This document shows positions 27,708 to 36,054 of a stretch of DNA of 39,208 nucleotides, piece after piece. Below the pieces are notes generated by a model, which worked only from the letters and a program-made list of their open reading frames with translations, ran no database searches and was not told where the DNA came from. Positions within the stretch are counted from its first letter, which is position 1. Each line of letters begins with the position of its first letter. Source of the DNA: an uncultured bacterium (GTDB taxonomy: Bacteria; Auribacterota; CAZIXI01). A program made the translations under genes and the position numbers. Location of the stretch: contig CAZIXI010000003.1 in the NCBI GenBank assembly GCA_964543115.1, positions 1-39,208 on the forward strand, read 5' to 3'.

Positions 27708-28649
27708 TCAGTTTAACACCGGGCGGGAAAAATCTCCCACAGTATACTTATCCTGCTTTTTCTCTTCCGGAGAAGGCACGGCATAACTCAACTCTTCCAG
27801 AATATCATTTAGCTCAAGTACCGGCCGGGCACCATGCTTGATCAACACATTCGTACCCTGTGAAACCACCGTATCAATCCGGCCGGGAACGCTGAACACT
27901 TCTCTTCCCTGTTCCGCCGCTAACCGGGCAGTGATCAATGATCCGCTGCGGCTGCCGGCTTCCACCACCACTACCCCCAGGCATAGGCCGCTAATAATCC
28001 GGTTGCGTTTAGGAAAGTTATGGCGGTAAGGCGGTGTTCCCAGAGGAAATTCACTGATTACCGCTCCCGCCTTTATTATCTCGTCGCGCAGCTGCCGGTT
28101 TTCCGGCGGATAAATCCTGTCCACCCCGCACCCCAGAACAGCTACGGTTCGTCCCTGCCCGCCGAGCGCGCCCTGATGGGCAGCAGTATCAACGCCCCGG
28201 GCCAACCCGCTGACAATCGTAAAACCCCGATTAACCAGCTGCCCCGCCAGCCGCTGGGCCGTACTCAATCCATAATAGGAAGCACGCCGGGCGCCAACTA
28301 TGGCCAGCCAATAACAATCCTTTGACTGTATCTCCCCCCGCACATAAAGAGCCACCGGCGGATCATAAATCTCGCGCAATAACGCCGGATAATCAGCATC
28401 CTGAATCGTAACAATTTTTAGTTGATACTTTTCTATCAGTGTCAGTTCACGTTTTAAATCGAATAATTTCGCCCAGCCGCAAACGGTTTCGGCATTCTTC
28501 CTGCTGATACCCGCGACACCCGTTAACCTGTTTACAGAAGCACGAAAAATCTTATCCGGAGAATCATACTCTCCGAGTAGACGGTTAATCTTTACCGGCC
28601 CTAGATCCGGCAGGGCATTTAATATTAATAACGCTTCCTGATCATTCAT
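27708..28649 (-). CDS. dprA: DNA-processing protein DprA (short C-terminus)
   Basis: YPALLREIYDPP.ALYVRG, AIVGAR, IVSGLARGVD.AAH, FPKRNRIISGL, SGSLITA, GREVFSVPG. Confidence 0.95.
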   Translation of the reverse strand: MNDQEALLILNALPDLGPVKINRLLGEYDSPDKIFRASVNRLTGVAGISRKNAETVCGWAKLFDLKRELTLIEKYQLKIVTIQDADYPALLREIYDPPVALYVRGEIQSKDCYWLAIVGARRASYYGLSTAQRLAGQLVNRGFTIVSGLARGVDTAAHQGALGGQGRTVAVLGCGVDRIYPPENRQLRDEIIKAGAVISEFPLGTPPYRHNFPKRNRIISGLCLGVVVVEAGSRSGSLITARLAAEQGREVFSVPGRIDTVVSQGTNVLIKHGARPVLELNDILEELSYAVPSPEEKKQDKYTVGDFSRPVLN

Positions 28650-28661
28650 AAATAAAAAAGC

Positions 28662-28737
28662 TTAGCCACAGATTACACTGATTTATTTTCTAGTATTTTT
28701 CATATAATCAGTGAAAATCTGTGAAATCTGTGGCTAA
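28662..28737. repeat. AGCCAC-ended intergenic inverted-repeat element, copy C (cleanest)
   Basis: Perfect 13-bp IR TTAGCCACAGATT (28662-28674) / AATCTGTGGCTAA (28725-28737), with inner ACACTGATT / AATCAGTG and AATCTGTG units. Confidence 0.85.
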
Positions 28738-28741
28738 AAAA

Positions 28742-29335
28742 TTATTTCCTGTTTTTTTTAGCACTAAACAATTCCAGTTGTCCACCCTTTAATATATCAT
28801 ACACCTTAAACAATCTGATCAGCTGCAGCGTATCAGATTCCAGATAATTCCTGTTTATTCTGACCATTTTTGTTAAGGATTTTAAGATCAGCTTAAATTC
28901 TATCACTCCATCAACACCCTTTTCCCTCAAAATATCAATACTGCGGGCCTTCATTTCCCGGTCAGCCGGTAAACAGGGGACAACGAGTATTCTGGCAAAA
29001 TCTTTTGTGCCAAAAAACTGGGCAGCCAGCTTGATTACTCCCGGCGAAATAAACCGGAATATTTTTGGTGATCCGGTCAGGACAGAAGGGCAAAAAGTTT
29101 CCGTGTGCCAGCCCTTGACCTTAACTATAGCCCGGGACAATTTATCGATGTCATCGGCACTGAGCACGAAAGACCTCAACCGATCAGGTTGAGGTTTCAG
29201 ATTAAGCACTGCCAAATCAGCTTCAGAAATTTTTTCCCGGTCCTTTTTTGTCGGAATATATTTGCGGTTTATCTTTACCAGAAACTGATGGGCCTCAAAA
29301 AACTCCCTTACTAATTCGATTCCAACATCAGCCAT
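28742..29335 (-). CDS. Hypothetical protein, possible PD-(D/E)xK-like fold, C-terminal QLELF
   Basis: 197-aa ORF with GGGAG upstream and tight operon spacing; LVREFFE..F.V, EADL, IVKVKGWH, QLELF. Confidence 0.65.
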   Translation of the reverse strand: MADVGIELVREFFEAHQFLVKINRKYIPTKKDREKISEADLAVLNLKPQPDRLRSFVLSADDIDKLSRAIVKVKGWHTETFCPSVLTGSPKIFRFISPGVIKLAAQFFGTKDFARILVVPCLPADREMKARSIDILREKGVDGVIEFKLILKSLTKMVRINRNYLESDTLQLIRLFKVYDILKGGQLELFSAKKNRK

Positions 29336-29362
29336 AATAACTCCCGCTAGATCTCTTTTGAC

Positions 29363-30505
29363 CTAAGAAATAATCTCTTTAAGGACCTCTCGCACATCCG
29401 CTTCCGGTACTTTGTCAGTAAGCTTTACTTTGCCGATCTTCTCGGCCAAAACAAACCTTAGCTTGCCGGCAACCGCTTTCTTATCATGCCGAAGCATGGC
29501 CAAAACTTTATCTTCTAGCCTGGCGTCCCGCCCCCGACACGTCGGGGACAGCCTTAGAGGAATGGCTATAGACTGACCGGCTGTCTCTAAGTGTACCGGT
29601 AAACCCAATGCCTTAAGCAAATCAATCTGACTATCCCGCGAAGCGCCATTAAGATAGCCTAATCGGCAGGCCAATTTTGCCGCCGCCGCCATACCGATAG
29701 CAACCGCTTCTCCATGAGTCAGTTCCTGATACTCGGTTAATGTCTCTAAGGCATGGCCGATTGTATGGCCATAATTAAGAATTGCCCGCAAACCGCTAAG
29801 CTCACGCTCATCCTTACTAACAACCTCAGCCTTAATCCGGGCACAGGTGGTAATTATATCCAGCCACAAATCTTTTTCAAGCTTAAATAATTTTTCCTGC
29901 TGTTCCGCCAGCATATTGAACAGGCGCCGGTCCCTGATCACACCATACTTAACCACCTCCGCCAATCCAGTACGTATCTCTTTCTGCGAAAGAGTACTAA
30001 GTGTTTGGACGTCGGTATAGACAAACCTGGGCTGCCAGAAACTACCCACGAGATTTTTACCCTGAGAAAGATTTACCCCTGTCTTACCGCCAATACTGCT
30101 ATCCACCTGGGCCATCAATGTTGTGGGTAACTGCAGATAATCAATTCCCCGCATATAGGTAGCGGCAATAAATCCAGTCAGATCGCCCACCACTCCTCCA
30201 CCGCAGGCAATGAGAAAACTTTTCCTGTCTAATCCCCAATCCACTAATTGCTGATAAATCTTATCCGCGGTACTCAGGGATTTCGATTCTTCCCCCGGCC
30301 GCACCGCATAAACCGGCAGATCATAACCCGCCCGGGCCAGCTCGTCTTTTAACTTGTTTACCCACAAACCATTAACCGTCTCATCGGTAATAATCCCGCC
30401 GCTCTTGCCTAACGGCTTCAGCAATTCCGCCAGACCGGCAAAAATATCATATCCTATATATATAGGATAGCTGCGCTCAGCCAAGGAAACAGATATTTTT
30501 TTCAT
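29363..30505 (-). CDS. aroB: 3-dehydroquinate synthase, with an in-frame insertion near the C-terminus
   Basis: GEESKS, GGGVVGDL.GF.AATYMRG, PTTLMAQVDSSIGGKTGVN, LNYGHTIGHALE, HGEAVAIGM, DKK. Confidence 0.96.
   Translation of the reverse strand: MKKISVSLAERSYPIYIGYDIFAGLAELLKPLGKSGGIITDETVNGLWVNKLKDELARAGYDLPVYAVRPGEESKSLSTADKIYQQLVDWGLDRKSFLIACGGGVVGDLTGFIAATYMRGIDYLQLPTTLMAQVDSSIGGKTGVNLSQGKNLVGSFWQPRFVYTDVQTLSTLSQKEIRTGLAEVVKYGVIRDRRLFNMLAEQQEKLFKLEKDLWLDIITTCARIKAEVVSKDERELSGLRAILNYGHTIGHALETLTEYQELTHGEAVAIGMAAAAKLACRLGYLNGASRDSQIDLLKALGLPVHLETAGQSIAIPLRLSPTCRGRDARLEDKVLAMLRHDKKAVAGKLRFVLAEKIGKVKLTDKVPEADVREVLKEIIS
29521..29583. repeat. Hairpin plus ~24-bp unit inserted in frame in aroB
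   Basis: CCCCGAC-AC-GTCGGGG (29532-29547) followed by GGAATGGCTATAGACTGACCGGC, which matches the minus strand of the xerC-upstream element at 21/23. Confidence 0.75.
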
Positions 30506-30521
30506 TTATTATCCCCTATTC

Positions 30522-30566
30522 GGGAGGGCACCTGCCTGCCGGCAGGCAGGCAAGGCCCTCCCCTAC
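30522..30566 (-). repeat. GTAG-type REP hairpin with a 20-bp perfect palindrome in its loop
   Basis: Minus strand: GTAG GGGAGGGC CTTG [CCTGCCTGCCGGCAGGCAGG] T GCCCTCCC, starting immediately after the aroK TAG. Confidence 0.82.
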
Positions 30567-31079
30567 CTATTTGTTTCTTGATACTATCAGTGCCTTAATA
30601 TCTTCCACCACCTGTTGGATAGATTTCCCCGTAGTATCCACTTGCAGTTCAATCTTATCATAGAATGGTTTTCTAAAAGCCAGCAATTCCTTAATCTTAA
30701 GCAGAGGATCGGCAACCTTCAGTAAGGGCCGCTGCGTTTCCCGCGCTACCCGGCGATAGATTTCCTCAGGCGCTGCCTGCAAACAAATCAAAATCCCGCT
30801 TTCTCCCAGGGCCTGAATATTGTCTTCAGCTAAAACCACTCCCCCGCCGGCAGAAATAACCAGTCCCTGCCGGGCAGATAATTGCCTGGCCATTTCTTTC
30901 TCCAGCCTGCGAAAACAGGCCTCCCCGCGTGTGGCAAAGATATCATTAATCGTTATTTTTTCCTGATCTTCTATCAGGGCATCCATTTCCACGAATTCCC
31001 TGCCAAGGTCCTGCGCCAACCTCTGCGCTACGGCAGTTTTGCCCGTACCCATGAAGCCAAGAAGAACAATATTTTTCAC
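30567..31079 (-). CDS. aroK: Shikimate kinase
   Basis: NIVLLGFMGTGKT, D..IE, GE..FR.LE, GGGVV, RPLL; GTG start. Confidence 0.95.
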   Translation of the reverse strand: MKNIVLLGFMGTGKTAVAQRLAQDLGREFVEMDALIEDQEKITINDIFATRGEACFRRLEKEMARQLSARQGLVISAGGGVVLAEDNIQALGESGILICLQAAPEEIYRRVARETQRPLLKVADPLLKIKELLAFRKPFYDKIELQVDTTGKSIQQVVEDIKALIVSRNK

Positions 31080-31082
31080 TCC

Positions 31083-32201
31083 TTAACCCAATCCCTTTAC
31101 ATACTGCCGGTAGGCGGCTTTTGTGGCCCTAAGATTGTCGCCGCCGAATTTCTCCAGCATCGCCCGGCACAGTTCCACACCAACCATCGCCTCTCCGATT
31201 ACCGCCGCACTGGGAACGGCACAGACATCAGATCTTTCCCGAGCCGCCCGAACAGTTTTTTTATTTTTAATATCTACGGAAGCCAGCGGTTTACCCAGCG
31301 TGGCAATCGGTTTCATAACCGCCCGTAACATTATCGGTTCACCATTACTGATCCCGCCTTCAATCCCTCCACAGCGATCTGTCTTTCGATAAAAACCCAT
31401 CGGTTTTTTATAATAGATCGGATCATGAACCTTTGAACCGGGCAGACCCTGCATCCGAAACCCTAAACCAATCTCCACGCCCTTAATCGCCGGAATACTC
31501 ATCATCACCGCCGCCAACCGGGCATCCAAACGCTGGTCCCACTGCGCGTAACTACCCAGACCCGGCACAACACCGACCGCAATAACCTCAAAGGTTCCAC
31601 CCAGAGTATCTTTATCTTTTGCCGCCTTTTTAATCCGGGCAATCATTTTCTGTTCCGCTTTTTTGTTTACACACCTGACCAATGAACCTTCCGCACGAAT
31701 AAGAATATCCTGAATCTTCACACCTTCTGCTTCCGCCTTCACTCCGCCCAGCTCGACAACATGACTAAATATTCCTATCCCCAACTCTCTCAATAGTAAC
31801 CGGCAGACACTCCCGATGGCCACCCGGATCGCCGTTTCTCTGGCACTGGCCCGTTCTAACACACTGCGAATATCATCCAATCCGTATTTAAGCCAGCCCG
31901 CCAGATCCGCGTGTCCCGGCCGGGGAGCAGTCACCGCAGGCAGGGTATCAATTTTAAAATCCTTATTCTCAATATAGAGGGCCAAAGGACTGCCGATCGT
32001 TTGCCCCTTCCGGATCCCCGCTAAAATGCGCACTTTATCCTGTTCTATCTGCATCCGGGCCCCGCGGCCATAACCGGTCTGCCGCTGCTTTAATTGCCGA
32101 TTAATGAAATCAATATCTAATTTCAAGCCTGCCGGAATGCCTTCCAGAACCCCTACTAATCCGGCTCCATGAGACTCTCCTGCTGTAAACCAGCGAAACA
32201 T
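31083..32201 (-). CDS. aroC: Chorismate synthase
   Basis: MFRWFTAGESHG, PRPGHAD, ERASARETA, GGIEGGISNG, ERSDVCAVP. Start placed at ATG 32201 (GAGGAGG upstream); the ORF-track extension is translated repeat DNA. Confidence 0.96.
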   Translation of the reverse strand: MFRWFTAGESHGAGLVGVLEGIPAGLKLDIDFINRQLKQRQTGYGRGARMQIEQDKVRILAGIRKGQTIGSPLALYIENKDFKIDTLPAVTAPRPGHADLAGWLKYGLDDIRSVLERASARETAIRVAIGSVCRLLLRELGIGIFSHVVELGGVKAEAEGVKIQDILIRAEGSLVRCVNKKAEQKMIARIKKAAKDKDTLGGTFEVIAVGVVPGLGSYAQWDQRLDARLAAVMMSIPAIKGVEIGLGFRMQGLPGSKVHDPIYYKKPMGFYRKTDRCGGIEGGISNGEPIMLRAVMKPIATLGKPLASVDIKNKKTVRAARERSDVCAVPSAAVIGEAMVGVELCRAMLEKFGGDNLRATKAAYRQYVKGLG

Positions 32202-32217
32202 AAAATCCTCCTCTTCC

Positions 32218-32263
32218 AATTGCGGAATGCGGATTTCGGATTGCGGAATTAGGAATTCCGCAA
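32218..32263. repeat. GATTGCG-type heptamer array with inverted end
   Basis: AATTGCG GAATGCG GATTTCG GATTGCG GAATTAG; perfect 10-bp IR TTGCGGAATT-AGG-AATTCCGCAA (32241-32263). Confidence 0.8.
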
Positions 32264-32296
32264 AACTCAATCAATTAATAGAAATTCTAGTATCTT

Positions 32297-33085
32297 TCAA
32301 AACAGATTTAAGTACCAATGCACAATCTCCGGTCCCCAAAAAAGACTGACCAGCGCCCCGAGACAGAGAAAGGGGCCAAAAGGGATTTTCCCCTTTAAAG
32401 AAGCCTTGCCCAGCGCTAATAACACCACAGCAGCCAGAGTACCCAACAGAGAAGAAGTAAAGATAGTGAATAACGCCCAGGGCCAGCCGAGAAAGGCACC
32501 GATCATGGCCAGCAACTTTACATCACCCATGCCCATGGCTTCTTTTTTTAATAAATAAGAAGCACTAACCGCGATCAAATAAAGCACGCCGCCGGCAATA
32601 ATCACCCCCAGAAATGACCGGTAAAGCCCCTGCCACCAGCTGTTGGCCTGCAAAAGCGGCGGATACAAAGCGGCAAAAATCAATCCGCAGCCAATGCCGG
32701 CAAAATTTATCACATCGGGAATAATGAGAAATTCCAGATCAACAAACGTGGCAACAATAAAGAGACAGACTAATACCCCATAAGCAGCAACAACCAATGG
32801 ACTCTCAGCGCCAAAGCACCACCAGAGCAAACACAATAAACAAGCAGTCAAAAGTTCAACGAAAAAATAACGAAAACTTATTCTGCCTTTACAGTAGCGG
32901 CACACACCGCCTAAAAGAATATAACTTAGTAACGGTATATTATCATACCAGGGAATCATCTGGCGGCAATGCGGACAGAACGACCGGCTCAGGCCGATCT
33001 TCTCTTCCCGCGGCAGGCGGTAGATTAACACATTGAGAAAACTGCCAATACACAGACCAAAAATAAATAGAATTAAATAAATCAT
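32297..33085 (-). CDS. pilD: Prepilin peptidase/N-methyltransferase (A24)
   Basis: GSFLNVLIYRLP, SFCPHC, WYDNIPLLSY...G.CRYC, VDLE..IIPD, MGMGDVKL, IPFGPFL. Confidence 0.93.
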   Translation of the reverse strand: MIYLILFIFGLCIGSFLNVLIYRLPREEKIGLSRSFCPHCRQMIPWYDNIPLLSYILLGGVCRYCKGRISFRYFFVELLTACLLCLLWWCFGAESPLVVAAYGVLVCLFIVATFVDLEFLIIPDVINFAGIGCGLIFAALYPPLLQANSWWQGLYRSFLGVIIAGGVLYLIAVSASYLLKKEAMGMGDVKLLAMIGAFLGWPWALFTIFTSSLLGTLAAVVLLALGKASLKGKIPFGPFLCLGALVSLFWGPEIVHWYLNLF

Positions 33086-33110
33086 AGTGTTTTAGATTAT
33101 CGTCTAAAAT

Positions 33111-34808
33111 TCACTCCCAGGCTACCCGCAGAACCTCATCCAGCGTGGTTACCCCGGCATAGACCTTAAGCAGTCCATCTTCTTTAAGGGTTTTCATTCC
33201 CAACTGGCGGGCCCGTTTTTTTAGCTCCGTACTGGGTATCTTCTGATAAATCAATTTCCTTAACTCTTCCGTAATCACCAATAATTCAAATATTCCCACT
33301 CGGCCCCGGTACCCGGTACCATTACAGTATTCACATCCTTTACCATACCAAAACTGTTGCTCCTGCTGCCCCAGTTTCTCCAAATCAATATCAATGGCCT
33401 TCAATTTATCCCGCGGAGGCGTATAGGGACTCTTACATTTAGGACAGATTACCCTCACCAGACGCTGGGCCAGGATCCCCTGCACGGAAGAAGCCACCAG
33501 AAAAGGTTTAACTCCCTGATCGATTAATCTGGTTATTGCACTGGCCGCGTCATTAGTATGCAGGGTACTGAAAACCAGATGACCGGTCAATGAGGCATGA
33601 ATCGCGATATTAGCCGTTTCTAAATCCCTGATCTCACCGATCATAATCACATCCGGAGCCTGCCGGAGCATCGAACGAAGGATATTGGCAAAAGTAAAAT
33701 CAATATCTTCATTCACCTGTACTTGATTGATACCGGTTAATAAATATTCAACCGGATCCTCAACCGTAATGATCTTTCTATCCGGCCGGTTAATATGGTT
33801 CAGACAGGCATACAGAGTGGTTGTTTTACCGCTGCCGGTAGGGCCGGTAACCAGCAGTATGCCATTGGGTAAATTAATCAATTGACGAAATCTTTTCTCC
33901 TCTTCACTCATTAATCCCAGTTGCGGCAATCCCAGCAAGAGGCTTTCCCGGTCCAATATCCGCATCACTACACATTCACCGTGATTACCCGGAATGGTAG
34001 AAACCCGCAGATCAATATCCCGCCCCAAGACCTTCAATTTAATTCGGCCATCCTGCGGCAGGCGCTTTTCATCAATACTCATATTGGCCATAATCTTTAT
34101 CCGGGAAATAATGGAATTCTGCAAATGTTTGGGCGGGGCCTCTACTTCTTCCAGCATCCCGTCAATCCGGTAACGGACACGAAATTTATGTTCCAGCGGT
34201 TCCAGATGAATGTCACTAGCCCGGCGGCGAAAGGCCTCGGCAATAACCAGGCTAACCAGTCTGATAACCGGCGCTTCTTCTTCGATTTCTTCCTTTAATT
34301 CCTCTACTTCACCATAGACTATACCGGTAGAACTTACCCCTTTTTCTCCTTCTTCGGCAGTTTTGCCCAGCACCTCTTGATAACCATAATGTTTACGCAG
34401 GGACCACTGGATATCAGCGGGCGTTGCCAATACCGGATCAATAAGCAGTCCAAGGGCCAGGGCCAGGTTGTCCACAACCTCTAATTTGTAGGGATCGGCA
34501 ATAGCCACCTGAAGAGACTCACCTTCTTTCTTCAGGGGAATAACTTCATACCGCCGGGCAAGGGCACCGGGAAGAAGTTTAAGCATTGAGCGCGAAACCT
34601 CCTTATCACGCAAACTGATAACTTCCATATTAAATTTCGCCGCCAAAACATCCCGGATCTGCGCCTCTTCAACCATTTTCAACTGCAGGGCGGTCTCCAC
34701 CATTTCTCTGCCGGAACGCAGGGTCATCTGCTCCAGCTGCTGCACCTGCTCAGCGCTTAACAACCCCCGTTCCTTTAACGTATTAATAATTAATCCTTCA
34801 CGAGACAT
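33111..34808 (-). CDS. GspE/PilB-family secretion/pilus assembly ATPase
   Basis: ASDIHLEP, RLPQDGR, TGPTGSGKTTTLY, TVEDPVE, LRQAPDVIMIGEIRD, TGHLVFSTLHTN, CPKC..CEYC. Start placed at ATG 34808 because the extension is repeat DNA. Confidence 0.93.
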   Translation of the reverse strand: MSREGLIINTLKERGLLSAEQVQQLEQMTLRSGREMVETALQLKMVEEAQIRDVLAAKFNMEVISLRDKEVSRSMLKLLPGALARRYEVIPLKKEGESLQVAIADPYKLEVVDNLALALGLLIDPVLATPADIQWSLRKHYGYQEVLGKTAEEGEKGVSSTGIVYGEVEELKEEIEEEAPVIRLVSLVIAEAFRRRASDIHLEPLEHKFRVRYRIDGMLEEVEAPPKHLQNSIISRIKIMANMSIDEKRLPQDGRIKLKVLGRDIDLRVSTIPGNHGECVVMRILDRESLLLGLPQLGLMSEEEKRFRQLINLPNGILLVTGPTGSGKTTTLYACLNHINRPDRKIITVEDPVEYLLTGINQVQVNEDIDFTFANILRSMLRQAPDVIMIGEIRDLETANIAIHASLTGHLVFSTLHTNDAASAITRLIDQGVKPFLVASSVQGILAQRLVRVICPKCKSPYTPPRDKLKAIDIDLEKLGQQEQQFWYGKGCEYCNGTGYRGRVGIFELLVITEELRKLIYQKIPSTELKKRARQLGMKTLKEDGLLKVYAGVTTLDEVLRVAWE

Positions 34809-34812
34809 AATC

Positions 34813-34895
34813 GATTGCGGATTGCGGACCCTCTGCGAGGGCTGCAAAAAGCCTGTTTTAGATTGCGGATTTGCAGCTATTCAAAATTCGCAATT
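34813..34895. repeat. GATTGCG heptamer array interrupted by a 13-bp hairpin; inverted arm overlaps the larC stop
   Basis: GATTGCG GATTGCG GA [CCCTC-TGC-GAGGG 34829-34841] CTGC...GATTGCG GATTTGC ... ATTCAAAATTCGCAATT. Confidence 0.7.
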
Positions 34896-36013
34896 AAATC
34901 TTTAACCGCTATTCCCCTTTTAGCCGCCAGTTTTTTACAATCTTTGTATTCCGGTTTTATTTTTAGTATCTTATCGCCATAACTGCCGACCTTTGCCTTT
35001 ACCTTACCAAACGGAGTAGAGACCGCACGGAATTTCCTGTGTAACGTCCTGCGTTCCGCCTGCCAATAACGCAGGCCAAAACTGGTTGTTTCTTTAAAAA
35101 CAACAGCGATAATTTTTTCTAAAGAAGAAACCGGACAGAGCACCGTCACCTGAATCCCCGGCCGATTTTTTTTCGCCTGCACGGGAACCCAGAAAACATC
35201 CAGGGCACCCTGCCGGAACAGGGATTCCATCAACCCTTCATATAACTGCGGGTTCATATCATCTATATTTGTCTGTACCTGATAAATAATATCCGCTTCC
35301 GCCAGGTCCTTTTTTACCGGCTGACCGATAACAACCCGCAGGGAATTGGACAGATCAGCATCATCCCGGCTGCCGATACCATAACTGATCCCGGTCAGCT
35401 TCATCCGTGGTAATGCGCCAAACCGCAGAGCAAATCCCTTGAGCAAAACCGCCCCGGTCGGGGTAACCATTTCCTTGTCTCTCCCCGTTCCCTCAACCCG
35501 GGCATCCATCCCGGCCAGCAACTCCAGGGAGGCCGGCGCCGGTACGGAACTTATACGCAGCGGAGAGGCATAGATCTTTTCCAGGCTCAGATAATGCACG
35601 CCAATCACCGCGCCAATAATATCAATAATCGAATCAACCGCCCCTACTTCATGAAAATGAACGGTTTCCGGCCGGCCGCCGTGTACCCGCGCCTCCGCCC
35701 CGGCCAGCAGCTGAAAAAGTGAAACGCTTTTATCCTTAATTACCGGAGGAAGTTTACTGCCGGCAATGATACGTAAAATATCCCTCAGATACCGTTCTTT
35801 TTGCCGCTTCTTGTTTATCTTAACAATAAATCTCTTTCCCCTAATGCCTTTACGCTGTTCCGCCCGGCTGCTGAGTTCGTACCCGGTTAACGGTAATTTG
35901 CGTAATTCCCCTTTAAGATAAGCCAGCGGCAGACCGGCATCAAGCAGAGCGCCAAGAAACATATCCCCGCTAATTCCGGCATAACAATCTAAATAAGCAA
36001 TTTTTCCAGTCAT
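34877..36013 (-). CDS. larC: Nickel-pincer cofactor Ni-insertion protein LarC
   Basis: YLDC.AGISGDMFLGAL, AEARVHG...VHFHEVGAVDSIIDI, VPAPA, EMVTPTGA, TNIDDMNPQ, KKNRPG, ETTSFGLR, KPEYKDC. Confidence 0.92.
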   Translation of the reverse strand: MTGKIAYLDCYAGISGDMFLGALLDAGLPLAYLKGELRKLPLTGYELSSRAEQRKGIRGKRFIVKINKKRQKERYLRDILRIIAGSKLPPVIKDKSVSLFQLLAGAEARVHGGRPETVHFHEVGAVDSIIDIIGAVIGVHYLSLEKIYASPLRISSVPAPASLELLAGMDARVEGTGRDKEMVTPTGAVLLKGFALRFGALPRMKLTGISYGIGSRDDADLSNSLRVVIGQPVKKDLAEADIIYQVQTNIDDMNPQLYEGLMESLFRQGALDVFWVPVQAKKNRPGIQVTVLCPVSSLEKIIAVVFKETTSFGLRYWQAERRTLHRKFRAVSTPFGKVKAKVGSYGDKILKIKPEYKDCKKLAAKRGIAVKDLIANFE

Positions 36014-36054
36014 TTTTTACCCAATAAATATCTATTAACAGCAAAAACTACATA

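Noticed and set aside
32202-32270. N-terminal extensions in the ORF track for aroC, the ATPase (34809-34847), DUF47 (37512-37553) and DUF362 (3854-3910)
   Set aside because: They are translations of intergenic repeats; downstream ATGs fit the family starts, and three of the four have clear Shine-Dalgarno sequences.
34600-34808. c-di-GMP-binding MshEN motif in the ATPase N-terminus
   Set aside because: The RLGxxL residues are absent; only a degenerate helical pattern remains.
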